DNA of 64,000 nt from an uncultured Gammaproteobacteria bacterium (GCA_963773065.1 CAVYZN010000032.1:160001-224000); one strand, 5' to 3'; shown: positions 32,758-42,458, counted from the first letter of the stretch. Notes: generated by a model from the sequence alone, not told the origin. Made by a program: numbers and translations.

Positions 32758-33561
32758 ATGTCACGACGCATGATTCCCGAGCGAGCATCCCAGCGAACCT
32801 TCTTCGGCGTCTCAGCGCTGCTCGTTGCCGCCAGCGCGGCGGTAACTATCGTCTGGTGCACATCCATGTCGGCAATGGGCGGTATGCCCATGCCCGGCGA
32901 CTGGACGATGTCGATGGCGTGGATGCGGATGCCCGGACAGACGTGGCCCGGCGCCGCGGCGTCGTTCCTCGGCATGTGGATCGTGATGATGGTAGCGATG
33001 ATGCTACCGTCCTTGGCCCCAATGCTGTGGCGCTACCGCCAGGCCGTAGGCAGCACAGGCGAGACGCACCTGGGTCCGCTGACCGCGCTCGTGGGCGTGG
33101 GTTACTTCTTCGTCTGGACCATCTTCGGAATGGTCGCTTTTCCGTTGGGCGTCGCGCTGGCGGCGGTTGAGATGCAGATGCCGGTGCTGGCGCGCACCGT
33201 TCCGATCGCGGTCGGCGTGTTAATCGTCATCGCCGGCGCGCTCCAGTTCAGCGCGTGGAAGGCGCGTCACCTCACCTGCTGCCGGGAGGCGCCCGGGCGC
33301 GGTCGTACGTTGCCGACCGACGCCGGCACGGCCTGGCGACATGGCCTGCGCATCGGACTTCACTGCAGCCGCTGCTGTGTCGGTTTCATGGCGATTCTCC
33401 TGGTCATCGGGGTCATGGACCTTCGCGCGATGGCTGTCGTGGCCGCAGCCATCACCGTCGAACGGGTTGCACCGGCCGGTGAGCGCGTCGCGCAAGCCAT
33501 CGGGGCCGTCCTCGTCGGGGCAGGGTTGTTCTTGATCGCGCGAGCAGCTGGGCTCGGATGA
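32758..33561 (+). CDS. DUF2182 predicted metal-binding membrane protein
   Basis: MWIVMMVAMMLPS, QFSAWKARHLTCCR, GLHCSRCC..GVMDL; usual partner of DUF899. Confidence 0.88.
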   Translation: MSRRMIPERASQRTFFGVSALLVAASAAVTIVWCTSMSAMGGMPMPGDWTMSMAWMRMPGQTWPGAAASFLGMWIVMMVAMMLPSLAPMLWRYRQAVGSTGETHLGPLTALVGVGYFFVWTIFGMVAFPLGVALAAVEMQMPVLARTVPIAVGVLIVIAGALQFSAWKARHLTCCREAPGRGRTLPTDAGTAWRHGLRIGLHCSRCCVGFMAILLVIGVMDLRAMAVVAAAITVERVAPAGERVAQAIGAVLVGAGLFLIARAAGLG

Positions 33562-33691
33562 TGATCTGCGTCCACTCGACAGGAGGTCCGCAAACGTAGC
33601 GGAGACGGCGGCGTTTCTGGCCTCGGACCGGGCTCGCGCTATGACCGGAAGAGTCACAAGACGTGTGGATCACTCGTGGATTGACCAAACC

Positions 33692-33775
33692 GCCTAACAC
33701 ATATGAGGCCTCCGCTTTGCGGGGGTTCCCTCGTTCGCTTCGCTCACTCGGCACCGGTGAGCGCGGGCGTTAGAG
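33692..33775 (+). other. attC site (carries an IS110-end footprint)
   Basis: GCCTAAC ... GGTGAGCGCGGGC-GTTAGAG. Confidence 0.75.
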
Positions 33776-33818
33776 CACTCTTTTAAGCCAATCAGATTCT
33801 GGCTATAATCTGGCCAGA

Positions 33819-34109
33819 ATGCGATTCGAAATCATACTTTCGCCAGAAGCGGTTGAAGACCTTCGAAGGCTCAAGGCGAAGTTTCGGTCTGAGGTTCGCG
33901 ATGCACTTACCCACCTACGGAACGAGCCCAAGAAGACAAGTCGAAGCCGAATCAAGCGGTTACGTGGTCTCACCAAGCCGCAATATAGGCTTCGAGTTGG
34001 TGAATGGCGTATCTTCTATGATGTGTCCGGATCGACGGTGGAGATTCTGGCGATAGTGCAAAAATCGGAGGCAGAGTCATGGCTGGCCCAGTTCGGAAAT
34101 CACGAGTAA
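33819..34109 (+). CDS. RelE/ParE family toxin
   Basis: IKRLRGLTKPQYRLRVGEWRIFYDV; own TATAAT within an inverted repeat upstream. Confidence 0.88.
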   Translation: MRFEIILSPEAVEDLRRLKAKFRSEVRDALTHLRNEPKKTSRSRIKRLRGLTKPQYRLRVGEWRIFYDVSGSTVEILAIVQKSEAESWLAQFGNHE

Positions 34110-34354
34110 AGAAGGCTTCCTTATCGGAAGTTAAAGATGATCTATCCAGGTTTCTCCGTGAAGCGGAGAAACAAGATGTTCTCATAACCCGTCATGGCAA
34201 GCCGGCAGGCATCCTGATTGGGTTTGCATCTGAAGAGGATTGGTTTGATTATCGCTTGGAAAACGATCCAAGTTTTCTGGAGAGAATTGAATCTGCCCGA
34301 GCAAGTTTGCGTGCTGGGCGCGGAGTGAGGCTTGAAGATGTAAAAATCAAGTGA
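34106..34354 (+). CDS. Phd/YefM family antitoxin (start codon unclear)
   Basis: LSEVKDDLSRFLREAEKQDVLITRHGKPAGILIG. Confidence 0.85.
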   Translation, partial: VKKASLSEVKDDLSRFLREAEKQDVLITRHGKPAGILIGFASEEDWFDYRLENDPSFLERIESARASLRAGRGVRLEDVKIK

Positions 34355-34361
34355 CGCCGCG

Positions 34362-34430
34362 CTCTAACAACACGATTGACTGGGACGCGTCGCAAAAGAC
34401 ACGCCGCGCCCGTCATCGTAGTCGTTATGC
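34362..34430 (+). other. attC site
   Basis: CTCTAAC..ACGATTGACTGGGACGCG / CGCGCCCGTCATCGT..GTTATGC imperfect palindrome. Confidence 0.8.
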
Positions 34431-34524
34431 GCTGGGTGCTGTCGAAATTGAGCCTGCTCGTTCGTCTACTACATGCCACTTCCGGCGTATACCCGCTTCA
34501 CGGACTACTCTATAAAAAGGAAAT

Positions 34525-34977
34525 ATGCTCATGACCACGAACACCGTCCAGTTCCACCGCGTGCTCCGCGCGACGCCCGAAAAAATCTACCGAGCCTTCC
34601 TTGACGCGGACGCAATGGCAAGGTGGCTTCCACCGAGCGGATTCACTGCCAAGGTTCACCATATGGACGCAAAAGTCGGTGGCACCTATAAGATGTCGTT
34701 CACGAACTTCACCACAGGCCACAGCCACTCTTTCGGCGGCACATATCTCGAACTCGCGCCACACAACCGCATTCGTTACACGTCGAAATTCGACGATCCG
34801 AACTTGGTCGGAGAAATGCAAACGACGATAACCTTGAAGAAAGTATCCTGTGGGGCTGAGTTAAACATCGTGCAAGAAGGCATCCCCAACGTCATTCCCA
34901 CTGACGCGTGTTATCTCGGCTGGCAGGAGTCGCTCGCTATTCTGGCGAAACTTGTCGAACCAGAGATTCCAGACTAG
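34525..34977 (+). CDS. SRPBCC (AHSA1-like) family protein
   Basis: HRVLRATPEKIYRAFLDADAMARWLPP..CYLGWQESL. Confidence 0.88.
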   Translation: MLMTTNTVQFHRVLRATPEKIYRAFLDADAMARWLPPSGFTAKVHHMDAKVGGTYKMSFTNFTTGHSHSFGGTYLELAPHNRIRYTSKFDDPNLVGEMQTTITLKKVSCGAELNIVQEGIPNVIPTDACYLGWQESLAILAKLVEPEIPD

Positions 34978-36139
34978 TGTACTGCTTCGTAATTAATGGA
35001 ACTAAAAAGTGGGCTCTGTTGTCTCACCACCAAATGACAGGCAGGAGCCTCCTGATGCGCATAGCCCCGAAAATCATGCTGAGCAGTGAAGAAGAAAAGA
35101 CACTGAGGCGACTCGCGCGCTCGAATACGGCGAGTGTACGCATGGCGCGGCGTGCGCGAATGATCTTGCTGGCGGCGGCCGGCAAGGACAACACGACGAT
35201 TGCCACTGAGCTGGGCATTGGCCGGGTGCAGGTGGGGCGTTGGCGGGAACGCTATGTCGAAGGCGGGTTGGCGGCCATCGAACAGGATCTGCCCCGTGGT
35301 GGGCGCAAACCCACGGTGGATGCGGCCGAGATTGTCCGCTTGACCACCCAGACCACGCCCAAGGCGGCGACCCACTGGAGCACGCGCACGCTGGCCAGGG
35401 AAGTCGGGGTGAGTGACACCACGGTATTGCGGGTGTGGCAGGCGCATGGCCTGAAACCGCATCGCGTCGAGACCTTCAAGGTTTCTCGCGATCCGAGGTT
35501 CATCGAGAAACTGGAAGACATCGTCGGGCTTTATCTCTCGCCACCGGAACACGCCCTGGTGCTGTGTTGCGATGAGAAAAGCCAGGTCCAGGCGCTGGAC
35601 CGAACCCAGCCGGGGCTGCCCCTGAAGAAGGGCCGGGCGGCCACCATGACGCATGACTACAAACGCCATGGCACGACCACGCTGTTCGCCGCCCTCAACA
35701 TCCTGGATGGCCAGGTGATCGCCAGTTGCCAGCAACACCACCGTCATCTCGAATGGCTCGACTTCCTGAAGAAAATCGACCGGGAAACGCACAAGGGAAA
35801 GGAACTGCACTTGGTGTGTGACAACTACGCCACCCATAAGCACCCCAAGGTCGTGGAATGGCTCGATAAACATTCGCGCTTCCACATCCACTTCACACCG
35901 ACTTCGGCCTCCTGGTTGAACATGGTTGAACGCTTCTTCCGTGACATCACCACCGAGCGCCTGCGCCGCGGCGTCTTTACCAGCGTCCCGGAACTCACCG
36001 CCGCCATTCATGAATACGTCGCCGCGCACAATGAAAACCCGAAACCCTTCATCTGGACGGCAAAGGCCAACGACATCCTGCAGAAAGTCGTTCGCGCCAA
36101 TCGCCGTTTAAGTTCCAAACAGAATGAAGCACTACACTA
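34975..36139 (+). mobile_element. IS630 family insertion sequence
   Basis: Inverted ends CTAGTGTA(C/G)TGCTTC...TGGAACT, CTAG/TA target at both sides. Confidence 0.92.
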
Positions 36140-36140
36140 G
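35055..36140 (+). CDS. IS630 transposase
   Basis: HWSTRTLA, CCDEKSQVQALDR, THDYKRHGTTTLFAAL, DNYATHK, PTSASWLNMVERFF. Confidence 0.95.
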   Translation: MRIAPKIMLSSEEEKTLRRLARSNTASVRMARRARMILLAAAGKDNTTIATELGIGRVQVGRWRERYVEGGLAAIEQDLPRGGRKPTVDAAEIVRLTTQTTPKAATHWSTRTLAREVGVSDTTVLRVWQAHGLKPHRVETFKVSRDPRFIEKLEDIVGLYLSPPEHALVLCCDEKSQVQALDRTQPGLPLKKGRAATMTHDYKRHGTTTLFAALNILDGQVIASCQQHHRHLEWLDFLKKIDRETHKGKELHLVCDNYATHKHPKVVEWLDKHSRFHIHFTPTSASWLNMVERFFRDITTERLRRGVFTSVPELTAAIHEYVAAHNENPKPFIWTAKANDILQKVVRANRRLSSKQNEALH

Positions 36141-36201
36141 CTTGAGCGTTATGGCTTTAATGTATACATTGTGCTGCAACAATCCCTACGGAGGTGATCA
36201 G

Positions 36202-36430
36202 ATGCGACCGGATCAAATCAAAAACGAAATTAACAGGCTGGATTTATCGGAAAAGTTGCTTCTCGTTTAAGATATTTTGGACTCTATCGCCACCAGCAAT
36301 TCTGAAATCCCCATGCTGGAGTGGCAAAAACAAGAGCTGGATAGAAGATACAAAGAATACAAGGAAGGGAATTTGGGGCTTCATGATTGGAAGGCGGTAC
36401 ACGAGGGTCTGCGTGATAACTACAAATGGA
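36202..36430 (+). pseudogene. Addiction module component (TIGR02574-like) with internal stop
   Basis: MRPDQIKNEINRLDLSEKLLLV*DILDSIA..EWQKQELDRRY. Confidence 0.65.
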
Positions 36431-36509
36431 ACTACGTTACTCGGACAGCAAAAAGCGCCGCGCCTTCGTCGCTCCGCTTTTGACTGCCGGTTATAGCGAG
36501 CGGTATCAA
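36430..36509 (+). other. Degenerate attC site
   Basis: CAGCAAAAAGCG..CGCTTTTGACTG palindrome; core degenerated to GGTATCA. Confidence 0.5.
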
Positions 36510-36542
36510 CCATAAGTCGAGCACAACCATCCGGAGATAAAC

Positions 36543-36926
36543 ATGACACGAGATCAAAAACTCAAATACCTCAGTGTTGCTCTGTGGATTTTCGGTATCA
36601 TTTTCATCGTTGGTATTTATGCCATGATGATGTGGATCTGGCCATCGGGCTGGGGCTGGGAGCCTCGTCAGCCGGAGTATGAACAGATGATTATGGGGAT
36701 ATATGCAACTTTGGGTGTATTTCTCATCCTTGCAGCAAGAAATCCAATGGAAAATCTGAGCCTGATATGGTTCACCATCTGGTCAAGTTTCGTGCATGGC
36801 GGAATCATGCTTGTTCAGGCTATTGAGGACGAAAACGAGCGAGCAAACCTTCTCGGTGATGTTCCAGCACTATTTCTGGTCGCAATTGTACTGTGGGTTT
36901 TGGTACCTAAGAAGCGTGAAGCATAA
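36543..36926 (+). CDS. Small membrane protein (DUF6632-like)
   Basis: WPSGWGW..EYEQMIMGIYATLGVFL..WSSFVHGGIM..LLGDVPAL. Confidence 0.7.
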   Translation: MTRDQKLKYLSVALWIFGIIFIVGIYAMMMWIWPSGWGWEPRQPEYEQMIMGIYATLGVFLILAARNPMENLSLIWFTIWSSFVHGGIMLVQAIEDENERANLLGDVPALFLVAIVLWVLVPKKREA

Positions 36927-36934
36927 CCACAGGC

Positions 36935-37010
36935 TGCTAACAAAGGGCTCCACGCGGATTGCCTGCAGCGCTGGCGCGCTTTCGGGAATTGGTGAGCCCT
37001 CGCGTTGGGC
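36935..37010 (+). other. attC site
   Basis: TGCTAAC-AAAGGGCTCCAC ... GGTGAGCCCTCGC-GTTGGGC. Confidence 0.82.
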
Positions 37011-37105
37011 ATCCAAGAATCTAGGAGATTTCGCGCCGGAGTTGATCCTGGCTAAAGCCTGCGCTCTGGACCTCGTCGTCGTGCAAACCACCAAGGAGGT
37101 GCATC

Positions 37106-37540
37106 ATGAGCAACGAAAAAGTTTACAAAGGTAGCTGCTTTTGCGGCGCGGTTCAGTTTACGGTCAGCGGTGAGCCGGCCGCAATGGGTTATTGCCATTG
37201 TGAGTCGTGCCGAAGCTGGTCGGCAGGGCCTGTCAACGCCTTCACTTTATGGAAACCCGAAGCGGTGCAGATCACGCGGGGAGCAGACAACATCGGCACT
37301 TACAACAAGACGCCGCGCAGTTATCGCAAATGGTGCAAGACGTGTGGAGGCCACCTCTTCACTGAGCATCCCGGCTGGGGACTCACCGACGTGTATGCAG
37401 CGGTCATTCCTGACTTCCCGTACCACGCCGGCATCCATGTCAACTATCAGGAGACGAAGCTGCACATCAAGGACGGGTTGCCGAAGATGAAGGACTTTCC
37501 GAAGGAAATGGGTGGATCGGGCGTCAGCGTAGCGGAATAA
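37106..37540 (+). CDS. GFA (CENP-V) family Zn-binding protein
   Basis: GSCFCG..CHCESCR..WCKTCG. Confidence 0.9.
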   Translation: MSNEKVYKGSCFCGAVQFTVSGEPAAMGYCHCESCRSWSAGPVNAFTLWKPEAVQITRGADNIGTYNKTPRSYRKWCKTCGGHLFTEHPGWGLTDVYAAVIPDFPYHAGIHVNYQETKLHIKDGLPKMKDFPKEMGGSGVSVAE

Positions 37541-37574
37541 CACATTCGGCTCTTCAAGCTCCACTATCCCAGGC

Positions 37575-37651
37575 GCCCAACAAGGCGCTCCAGCAGCCGT
37601 CTTGCCTTAGCTTCGCTGCGGCAAGACGGCGGCTGAGCTTCGTCGATAGCC
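37575..37651 (+). other. attC site (core mutated GTT>GAT)
   Basis: GCCCAAC..GCCGTCTTGCC / GGCAAGACGGC..GATAGCC. Confidence 0.8.
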
Positions 37652-37698
37652 AAAAGAATCAGCTTGCATCGTGTAATCCAGTGGATTACCTTTAATGC

Positions 37699-38055
37699 GT
37701 GCTGACTACTATCACCGAAATGCCTGAGTATATTCGCCGCGCCAATGAACTCCTCAGCGAATCAGAACGTAAATCGGTCATTGACTACTTTGCTGCACAT
37801 CCGCGAGCTGGCGACCTCATGGAGGGTACTGGCGGAATTCGGAAATTGCGCTGGTGGCGTGGAACCAAAGGTAAAAGTGGTGGCGTTCGCGTCATCTTTT
37901 ACTACCACGATGAACGTATTCCTTTATATCTATTGACTGTTTTTGGAAAGAACGAACGCGCTAACTTGTCAAAAGCGGAGCGAAACGAGTTGGCCAAATT
38001 GGTAAATGTGCTGGTACGTACCGCACTGGAGAAATCTCATGGCAACAGCATATGA
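37699..38055 (+). CDS. HigB/RelE-type toxin
   Basis: GTGGIRKLRW..GKSGGVRVIFYY..LLTVFGKNERANLS; operator GTAATCCAGTGGATTAC upstream. Confidence 0.88.
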   Translation: MLTTITEMPEYIRRANELLSESERKSVIDYFAAHPRAGDLMEGTGGIRKLRWWRGTKGKSGGVRVIFYYHDERIPLYLLTVFGKNERANLSKAERNELAKLVNVLVRTALEKSHGNSI

Positions 38056-38323
38056 CAGCATCGCGAAAGGTCTGCGTGAGGCCATTGACCTCAACAAGGG
38101 CAAGCCTGTCGCCGCAAAGACCCACCGCCCTGAAGAAATTGACGTTGCACAGTTGCGCCATAGCTTAGGTTTGACGCAGACTGAGTTTGCAGCCAAATTC
38201 TGCATCAGCCTTGGCACGCTTCGGCATTGGGAGCGAGGCGATCGAAAGCCTCATGGCCCTGCACTTGCCTTGCTGCACATCGTAGCCAAGGAGCCTAAAG
38301 CCGTTCTTAGAGCTTTGGGCTAA
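38039..38323 (+). CDS. HTH-XRE antitoxin (HigA-like)
   Basis: DVAQLRHSLGLTQTEFA..TLRHWERGDRKPHGPA. Confidence 0.88.
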   Translation: MATAYDSIAKGLREAIDLNKGKPVAAKTHRPEEIDVAQLRHSLGLTQTEFAAKFCISLGTLRHWERGDRKPHGPALALLHIVAKEPKAVLRALG

Positions 38324-38325
38324 CA

Positions 38326-39912
38326 CATATGAGGCCCCCGTCTGTCAACGGGCACGAACAAACGATACCGGTGACTAAAGTGCCAGTACCAATAACATCC
38401 GGCGTTACAGGTGATCTGCCTTTCAATTCAAGGACAGGTTCTGCCCTAAACACATATAGAGAGTCATAGTCAGGCCCATTGGACCTGTTGCTCTAGAATC
38501 AATTCAAGTTCTCCTTCTACCGGCTCATTCATGAGTGACAAGGGCTTGATCATAGGAATGATCATCCAGTTAGTACCGAGCTCGGGTAAGGCGCAGGACC
38601 TGAAAACCGGGTAAAGGGTGGAAGCACATGCAGGCACTAATCAATGCGCAAAGGCTATCACGCGGCGCAGACGGACAGGATTGAGTAGTCGATGCTACAA
38701 AGGTCGCGGTCCGCACGTGCTTTCGCGTATCGACGCCAGTTAGACGAGGAGTTGCCTGCATGCCTTCCATTAACTGTTCAGAAAACGCTGCTGGTCGAAC
38801 ACCGTTTTCCGCTGCAGCATAAAATAAACCGCCCGCCCCAGCTTGTGGGCCAGGATGGTTAAGGCCCGGGCCTTGTTGTGCTTGTTGGCCATCTCTTCCA
38901 ACCAGGCTTGCGCATCGGGGTTCTTGCGCAGAAAGAGCACGGCGGCTTCACTGAAGGCCCACTTCAGGTAGGCGTTGCCGATCTTCCTGCCAGTGGTGCC
39001 ATAGGACTTACCGGCAGACTCTTTCTTGCATTTGATCAGCCGGCTGTAAGAGGCGAAGTCCTGCACCGTCGGGAAGCGTTCAATGGTGTGGATCTCATAG
39101 AGGATGACCAGTGACAGGATTTCACCGATGCCGGGTACGGTGCGCAGGAGAATCAGGCTGTGCTGGTCACAGCTCCTGGCGTGCTGGAGGATATGCCATT
39201 CCACCTTGCTGAGTTGTTTATCGTAGAAGTCGATGAGGTTCAGGTCCAGTTCGATGCTTTTTTGCACACTGGGATCGGCGAAGCGTTCGGCGATGCCAGC
39301 CCGATTGAAGGCATAACGGAGATTCTTCTTGATTTCCGGAAGGTTGTACTGGCTGTTGGTGTTATGCACGTGTGCCAGCAATTCCGAGCGCTTGCGCATC
39401 AGGTGCATGCGCCGGCGCATAAGGTCACGAGTGCCACGCATCTCGCGCGGGTAGACATAGGCTTGTGGGAACATGCCGCCGCGCATGAGGACGGCGATTT
39501 TGTTGGAATCGATCTTATCGTTCTTTGCCTTGCCACCGTGGATGGCGCGCATATACAGGGCGTGCCCAAGAATGAAGGCGATGCCTTTCTCACGGCACAG
39601 GTCAGCGACCCAGTACCAGGAGAACATGCACTCCACCCCGATCACCAGATCATCCCGATAAGGGGTAATGAGTTTCAGCAGCGCTTCGGGATTGGCTTTG
39701 ATGTTCTTGTGGACCAGCAAGTTACCCTCCTGGTCCAGGATACAGACATAGAGCATACGGGCATGCAGATCGATACCGCAGTAATATTTGTGTGGTTGCG
39801 TGTAGAATTTCATCGAGGTCTCCTCCTTCGTCGTAGTGCATGTGACACTAATAGGATGGTAGGTTATACCTCCCAAGCCTGAAATCGCGGGGGGAGGCCT
39901 CAATGAGTATCA
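38326..39912 (-). mobile_element. IS110 family (IS1111-like) element inserted in an attC site
   Basis: Subterminal IR TGAGGCC(C/T)CC; CA dinucleotide at both junctions; removing it restores attC GGCTAACAAGTCATTC...GTTAGGC (ends 39991). Confidence 0.88.
38770..39813 (-). CDS. IS110 family recombinase/transposase
   Basis: GIDLH, VEC, KNDKIDS (DEDD domain); TVPGIG, ESAGK, GNAYLKWAFSEAA. Confidence 0.94.
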   Translation of the reverse strand: MKFYTQPHKYYCGIDLHARMLYVCILDQEGNLLVHKNIKANPEALLKLITPYRDDLVIGVECMFSWYWVADLCREKGIAFILGHALYMRAIHGGKAKNDKIDSNKIAVLMRGGMFPQAYVYPREMRGTRDLMRRRMHLMRKRSELLAHVHNTNSQYNLPEIKKNLRYAFNRAGIAERFADPSVQKSIELDLNLIDFYDKQLSKVEWHILQHARSCDQHSLILLRTVPGIGEILSLVILYEIHTIERFPTVQDFASYSRLIKCKKESAGKSYGTTGRKIGNAYLKWAFSEAAVLFLRKNPDAQAWLEEMANKHNKARALTILAHKLGRAVYFMLQRKTVFDQQRFLNS

Positions 39913-40012
39913 AGTCATTCAACAGGACGTTTTAAAGCGGCGCTCCTTCGTCGCCACCGATTTAAAGCGTCTGTTAATTCTTTCGTTAGGCGTTCAACCG
40001 AAGTGGCGTGAA

Positions 40013-40468
40013 ATGAACATATGGGTGGACGCGGATGCATGTCCCGTGGTGATCAAGGATATTCTGTTCAGAGCGGCGGAACGTGCCGGGGTGCAGTTGA
40101 CGCTTGTGGCTAATCAGCCTGTGCGCATACCGCCATCGCGCTGCATTAAATTGCTTCAAGTAACATCTGGTTTTGATGTCGCTGACAATGAGATAGTTAA
40201 AAGGCTTGGCGCTGGCGATCTTGTGATCACAAGCGATATACCATTGGCGGCGGAGGTGATCGATAAAGGGGGCCATGCGCTCACACCTCGCGGCGAACTG
40301 TATTCATCTGACAATATTAAAGCTCGTCTAGATATGAGAAATTATATGGATGCTCTACGAGCCAGTGGCATAGATACCGGTGGTCCGCCGGCGCTAAGCC
40401 AAAGTGATCGGAAATCTTTCGCGAATCACCTGGATAAATTATTAACCAAGCATGCAAGAAATGCCTAA
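40013..40468 (+). CDS. yaiI: YaiI/YqxD family protein (DUF188)
   Basis: [39 protein letters not shown]. Confidence 0.92.
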   Translation: MNIWVDADACPVVIKDILFRAAERAGVQLTLVANQPVRIPPSRCIKLLQVTSGFDVADNEIVKRLGAGDLVITSDIPLAAEVIDKGGHALTPRGELYSSDNIKARLDMRNYMDALRASGIDTGGPPALSQSDRKSFANHLDKLLTKHARNA

Positions 40469-40519
40469 CGAGGAAAATCCAGCCGACCTCCTTCGTCGCC
40501 GGCTGGTTAGACGTTAGGC
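40463..40519 (+). other. attC site (57 bp)
   Basis: GCCTAAC..CCAGCCG / CGGCTGG..GTTAGGC. Confidence 0.8.
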
Positions 40520-40538
40520 GCAAACAAAGGAGGCAAGC

Positions 40539-41924
40539 ATGAAGCCGTTACAAGAAACAACGATCGACGAGTTCAAAGCGCACTTCCAAGGGGACGTGCT
40601 TCTTCCTGGCGATGCGGGCTACGACGAGGTGCGCCAGATCTGGAACGCCATGATCGACCGCAGGCCCGCGCTGATCGCCCGTTGCGCGTCGCCTGAAGAT
40701 GTCGTCCAGGCCGTCAAGTTCGCGCGCAAGCATCACCTGCTCGTCTCGGTCCGAGGGGGCGGGCACAACATCGCGGGCAATGCCGTCTGCGACGACGGCC
40801 TCATGATCGACCTCTCGCCGATGAAGCGCGTCCAGGTGGACCCGAACGCCCGCCGGGCGAGCGTCGAGCCCGGCTGCACCCTCGCCGACTTCGACGCGGC
40901 CGCGCAGGCGCACGGCCTCGCCACGCCGCTGGGCATCAACTCGACCACGGGCGTGGCCGGCCTGACGCTCGGCGGCGGCTTCGGCTGGCTGAGCCGGAAG
41001 TACGGCATGACCGTCGACAACCTGCTCTCCGCGGATGTCGTCACGGCGGATGGCAGTCGGGTGCACGCCAGCGAAACGGAAAACGATGGCCTCTTCTGGG
41101 GGCTGCGCGGTGGCGGTGGGAACTTCGGTATTGTCACCAGCTTCGAGTTCCAGCTCCATCCCGTCGGGCCGAACGTGCTGAGCGGGCTCATCGCCTTCCC
41201 GTTCGACCAGGCGAAGTCCGTGCTTACGCAGTTCGCCCGCTTCACCGAGACGATGCCGGACGACCTCAACGTCTGGATGGTCACTCGGAAGGCGCCCCCG
41301 CTGCCCTTTCTGCCCGAGGACATCCACGGGAAAGAGATCGTCGCGCTCGCCCTGTGCTATGCGGGCGACCCCACTGAGGGCGAGAAGCTGATCGAGCCGC
41401 TGCGCGGGTTCGGCACGGCGCACGGCGAGCACATCGGCGTGCAGCAGTATACCGCCTGGCAGCAGGTCTTCGATCCGCTCCTGACGCGGGGTGCGCGCAA
41501 CTACTGGAAGTCGCATAACTTCTCGCGGCTCGGCGACGGCGCGATCGACGCCATCATCGAATACGCCGGCACGCTGCCGTCGCCGCAGTGCGAGATCTTC
41601 GTCGGCACGATCGGCGGCCAGACGACCCGCGTAGCACCCGAGACGATGGCCTACTCGAGCCGGGACGCCAACTACGTGATGAACGTGCACGCCCGCTGGG
41701 AGTCGGCCGCCGAGGACGAGCGCTGCATCGCCTGGGCGCGCGAATTCTTCGCCAAGTCACAGCCGTTCGCCAGCGGCGGCGCGTACATCAACTTCCTCAC
41801 CCAAGACGAGACCGACCGCATCGCGTTCGCGTACGGTGCCACGTACAACCGGCTGGTGGATCTCAAGAAGAAGTACGACCCGACGAACCTCTTCCGGATG
41901 AACCAGAACATCAAGCCGGTCTGA
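40539..41924 (+). CDS. FAD-binding oxidoreductase, berberine-bridge-enzyme-like
   Basis: VRGGGHNIAG, GLTLGGGFGWL, LRGGGGNFG, AYINF..KKKYDPTNLFRMNQNI. Confidence 0.92.
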   Translation: MKPLQETTIDEFKAHFQGDVLLPGDAGYDEVRQIWNAMIDRRPALIARCASPEDVVQAVKFARKHHLLVSVRGGGHNIAGNAVCDDGLMIDLSPMKRVQVDPNARRASVEPGCTLADFDAAAQAHGLATPLGINSTTGVAGLTLGGGFGWLSRKYGMTVDNLLSADVVTADGSRVHASETENDGLFWGLRGGGGNFGIVTSFEFQLHPVGPNVLSGLIAFPFDQAKSVLTQFARFTETMPDDLNVWMVTRKAPPLPFLPEDIHGKEIVALALCYAGDPTEGEKLIEPLRGFGTAHGEHIGVQQYTAWQQVFDPLLTRGARNYWKSHNFSRLGDGAIDAIIEYAGTLPSPQCEIFVGTIGGQTTRVAPETMAYSSRDANYVMNVHARWESAAEDERCIAWAREFFAKSQPFASGGAYINFLTQDETDRIAFAYGATYNRLVDLKKKYDPTNLFRMNQNIKPV

Positions 41925-41935
41925 AATGGGGACTC

Positions 41936-42358
41936 ATGAAGGCTCGGATTACCGTCATTACCATTGGCGTTGACGACCTGGAGCGCGCGCTTCGGTTCTA
42001 CCGCGATGGGCTTGGTTTGAAGACGGAAGGCATTGTCGGCAAGGAGTTTGCACACGGAGCGGTGGCCTTCTTCGACTTGCAGGACGGTTTGAAGCTCGCG
42101 CTCTGGCCGCGCCAGAGCATTTCCCATGATTCGGGCCTTCCTTTAGGCAGCCCGAGTCCTACCGAATTTACCCTCGGGCATAACGTCTCGTCTAAAGCGG
42201 AAGTCGACGCGGTAATGGAGCAAGCGAAAAATGTGGGCGCCGTGATCGTCAGGCCGGCTCATGACACCTTCTGGGGCGGATATGCCGGCTACTTCCAGGA
42301 TCCCGATCGGCATCTGTGGGAGGTTGTATGGAATCCCCAGTGGATCGTCGGAGATTGA
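41936..42358 (+). CDS. VOC/glyoxalase family protein
   Basis: ITIGVDDLERALRFYRDGLG..FWGGYAGYFQDPDRHLWEV. Confidence 0.9.
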   Translation: MKARITVITIGVDDLERALRFYRDGLGLKTEGIVGKEFAHGAVAFFDLQDGLKLALWPRQSISHDSGLPLGSPSPTEFTLGHNVSSKAEVDAVMEQAKNVGAVIVRPAHDTFWGGYAGYFQDPDRHLWEVVWNPQWIVGD

Positions 42359-42458
42359 ATAACCCGGGTCGGTTACAGCATCCTCTGGGGGCTGCGACGC
42401 CCCGCGATGCCGTGATCGTCGACAGGCTCCGGTAACCGGCCGGACAACCAACACGCGT

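Noticed and set aside
33692-40519. attC palindromes as simple terminators or REP elements
   Set aside because: They carry TAAC/GTT core boxes that are complementary cassette by cassette and lack poly-T tails.
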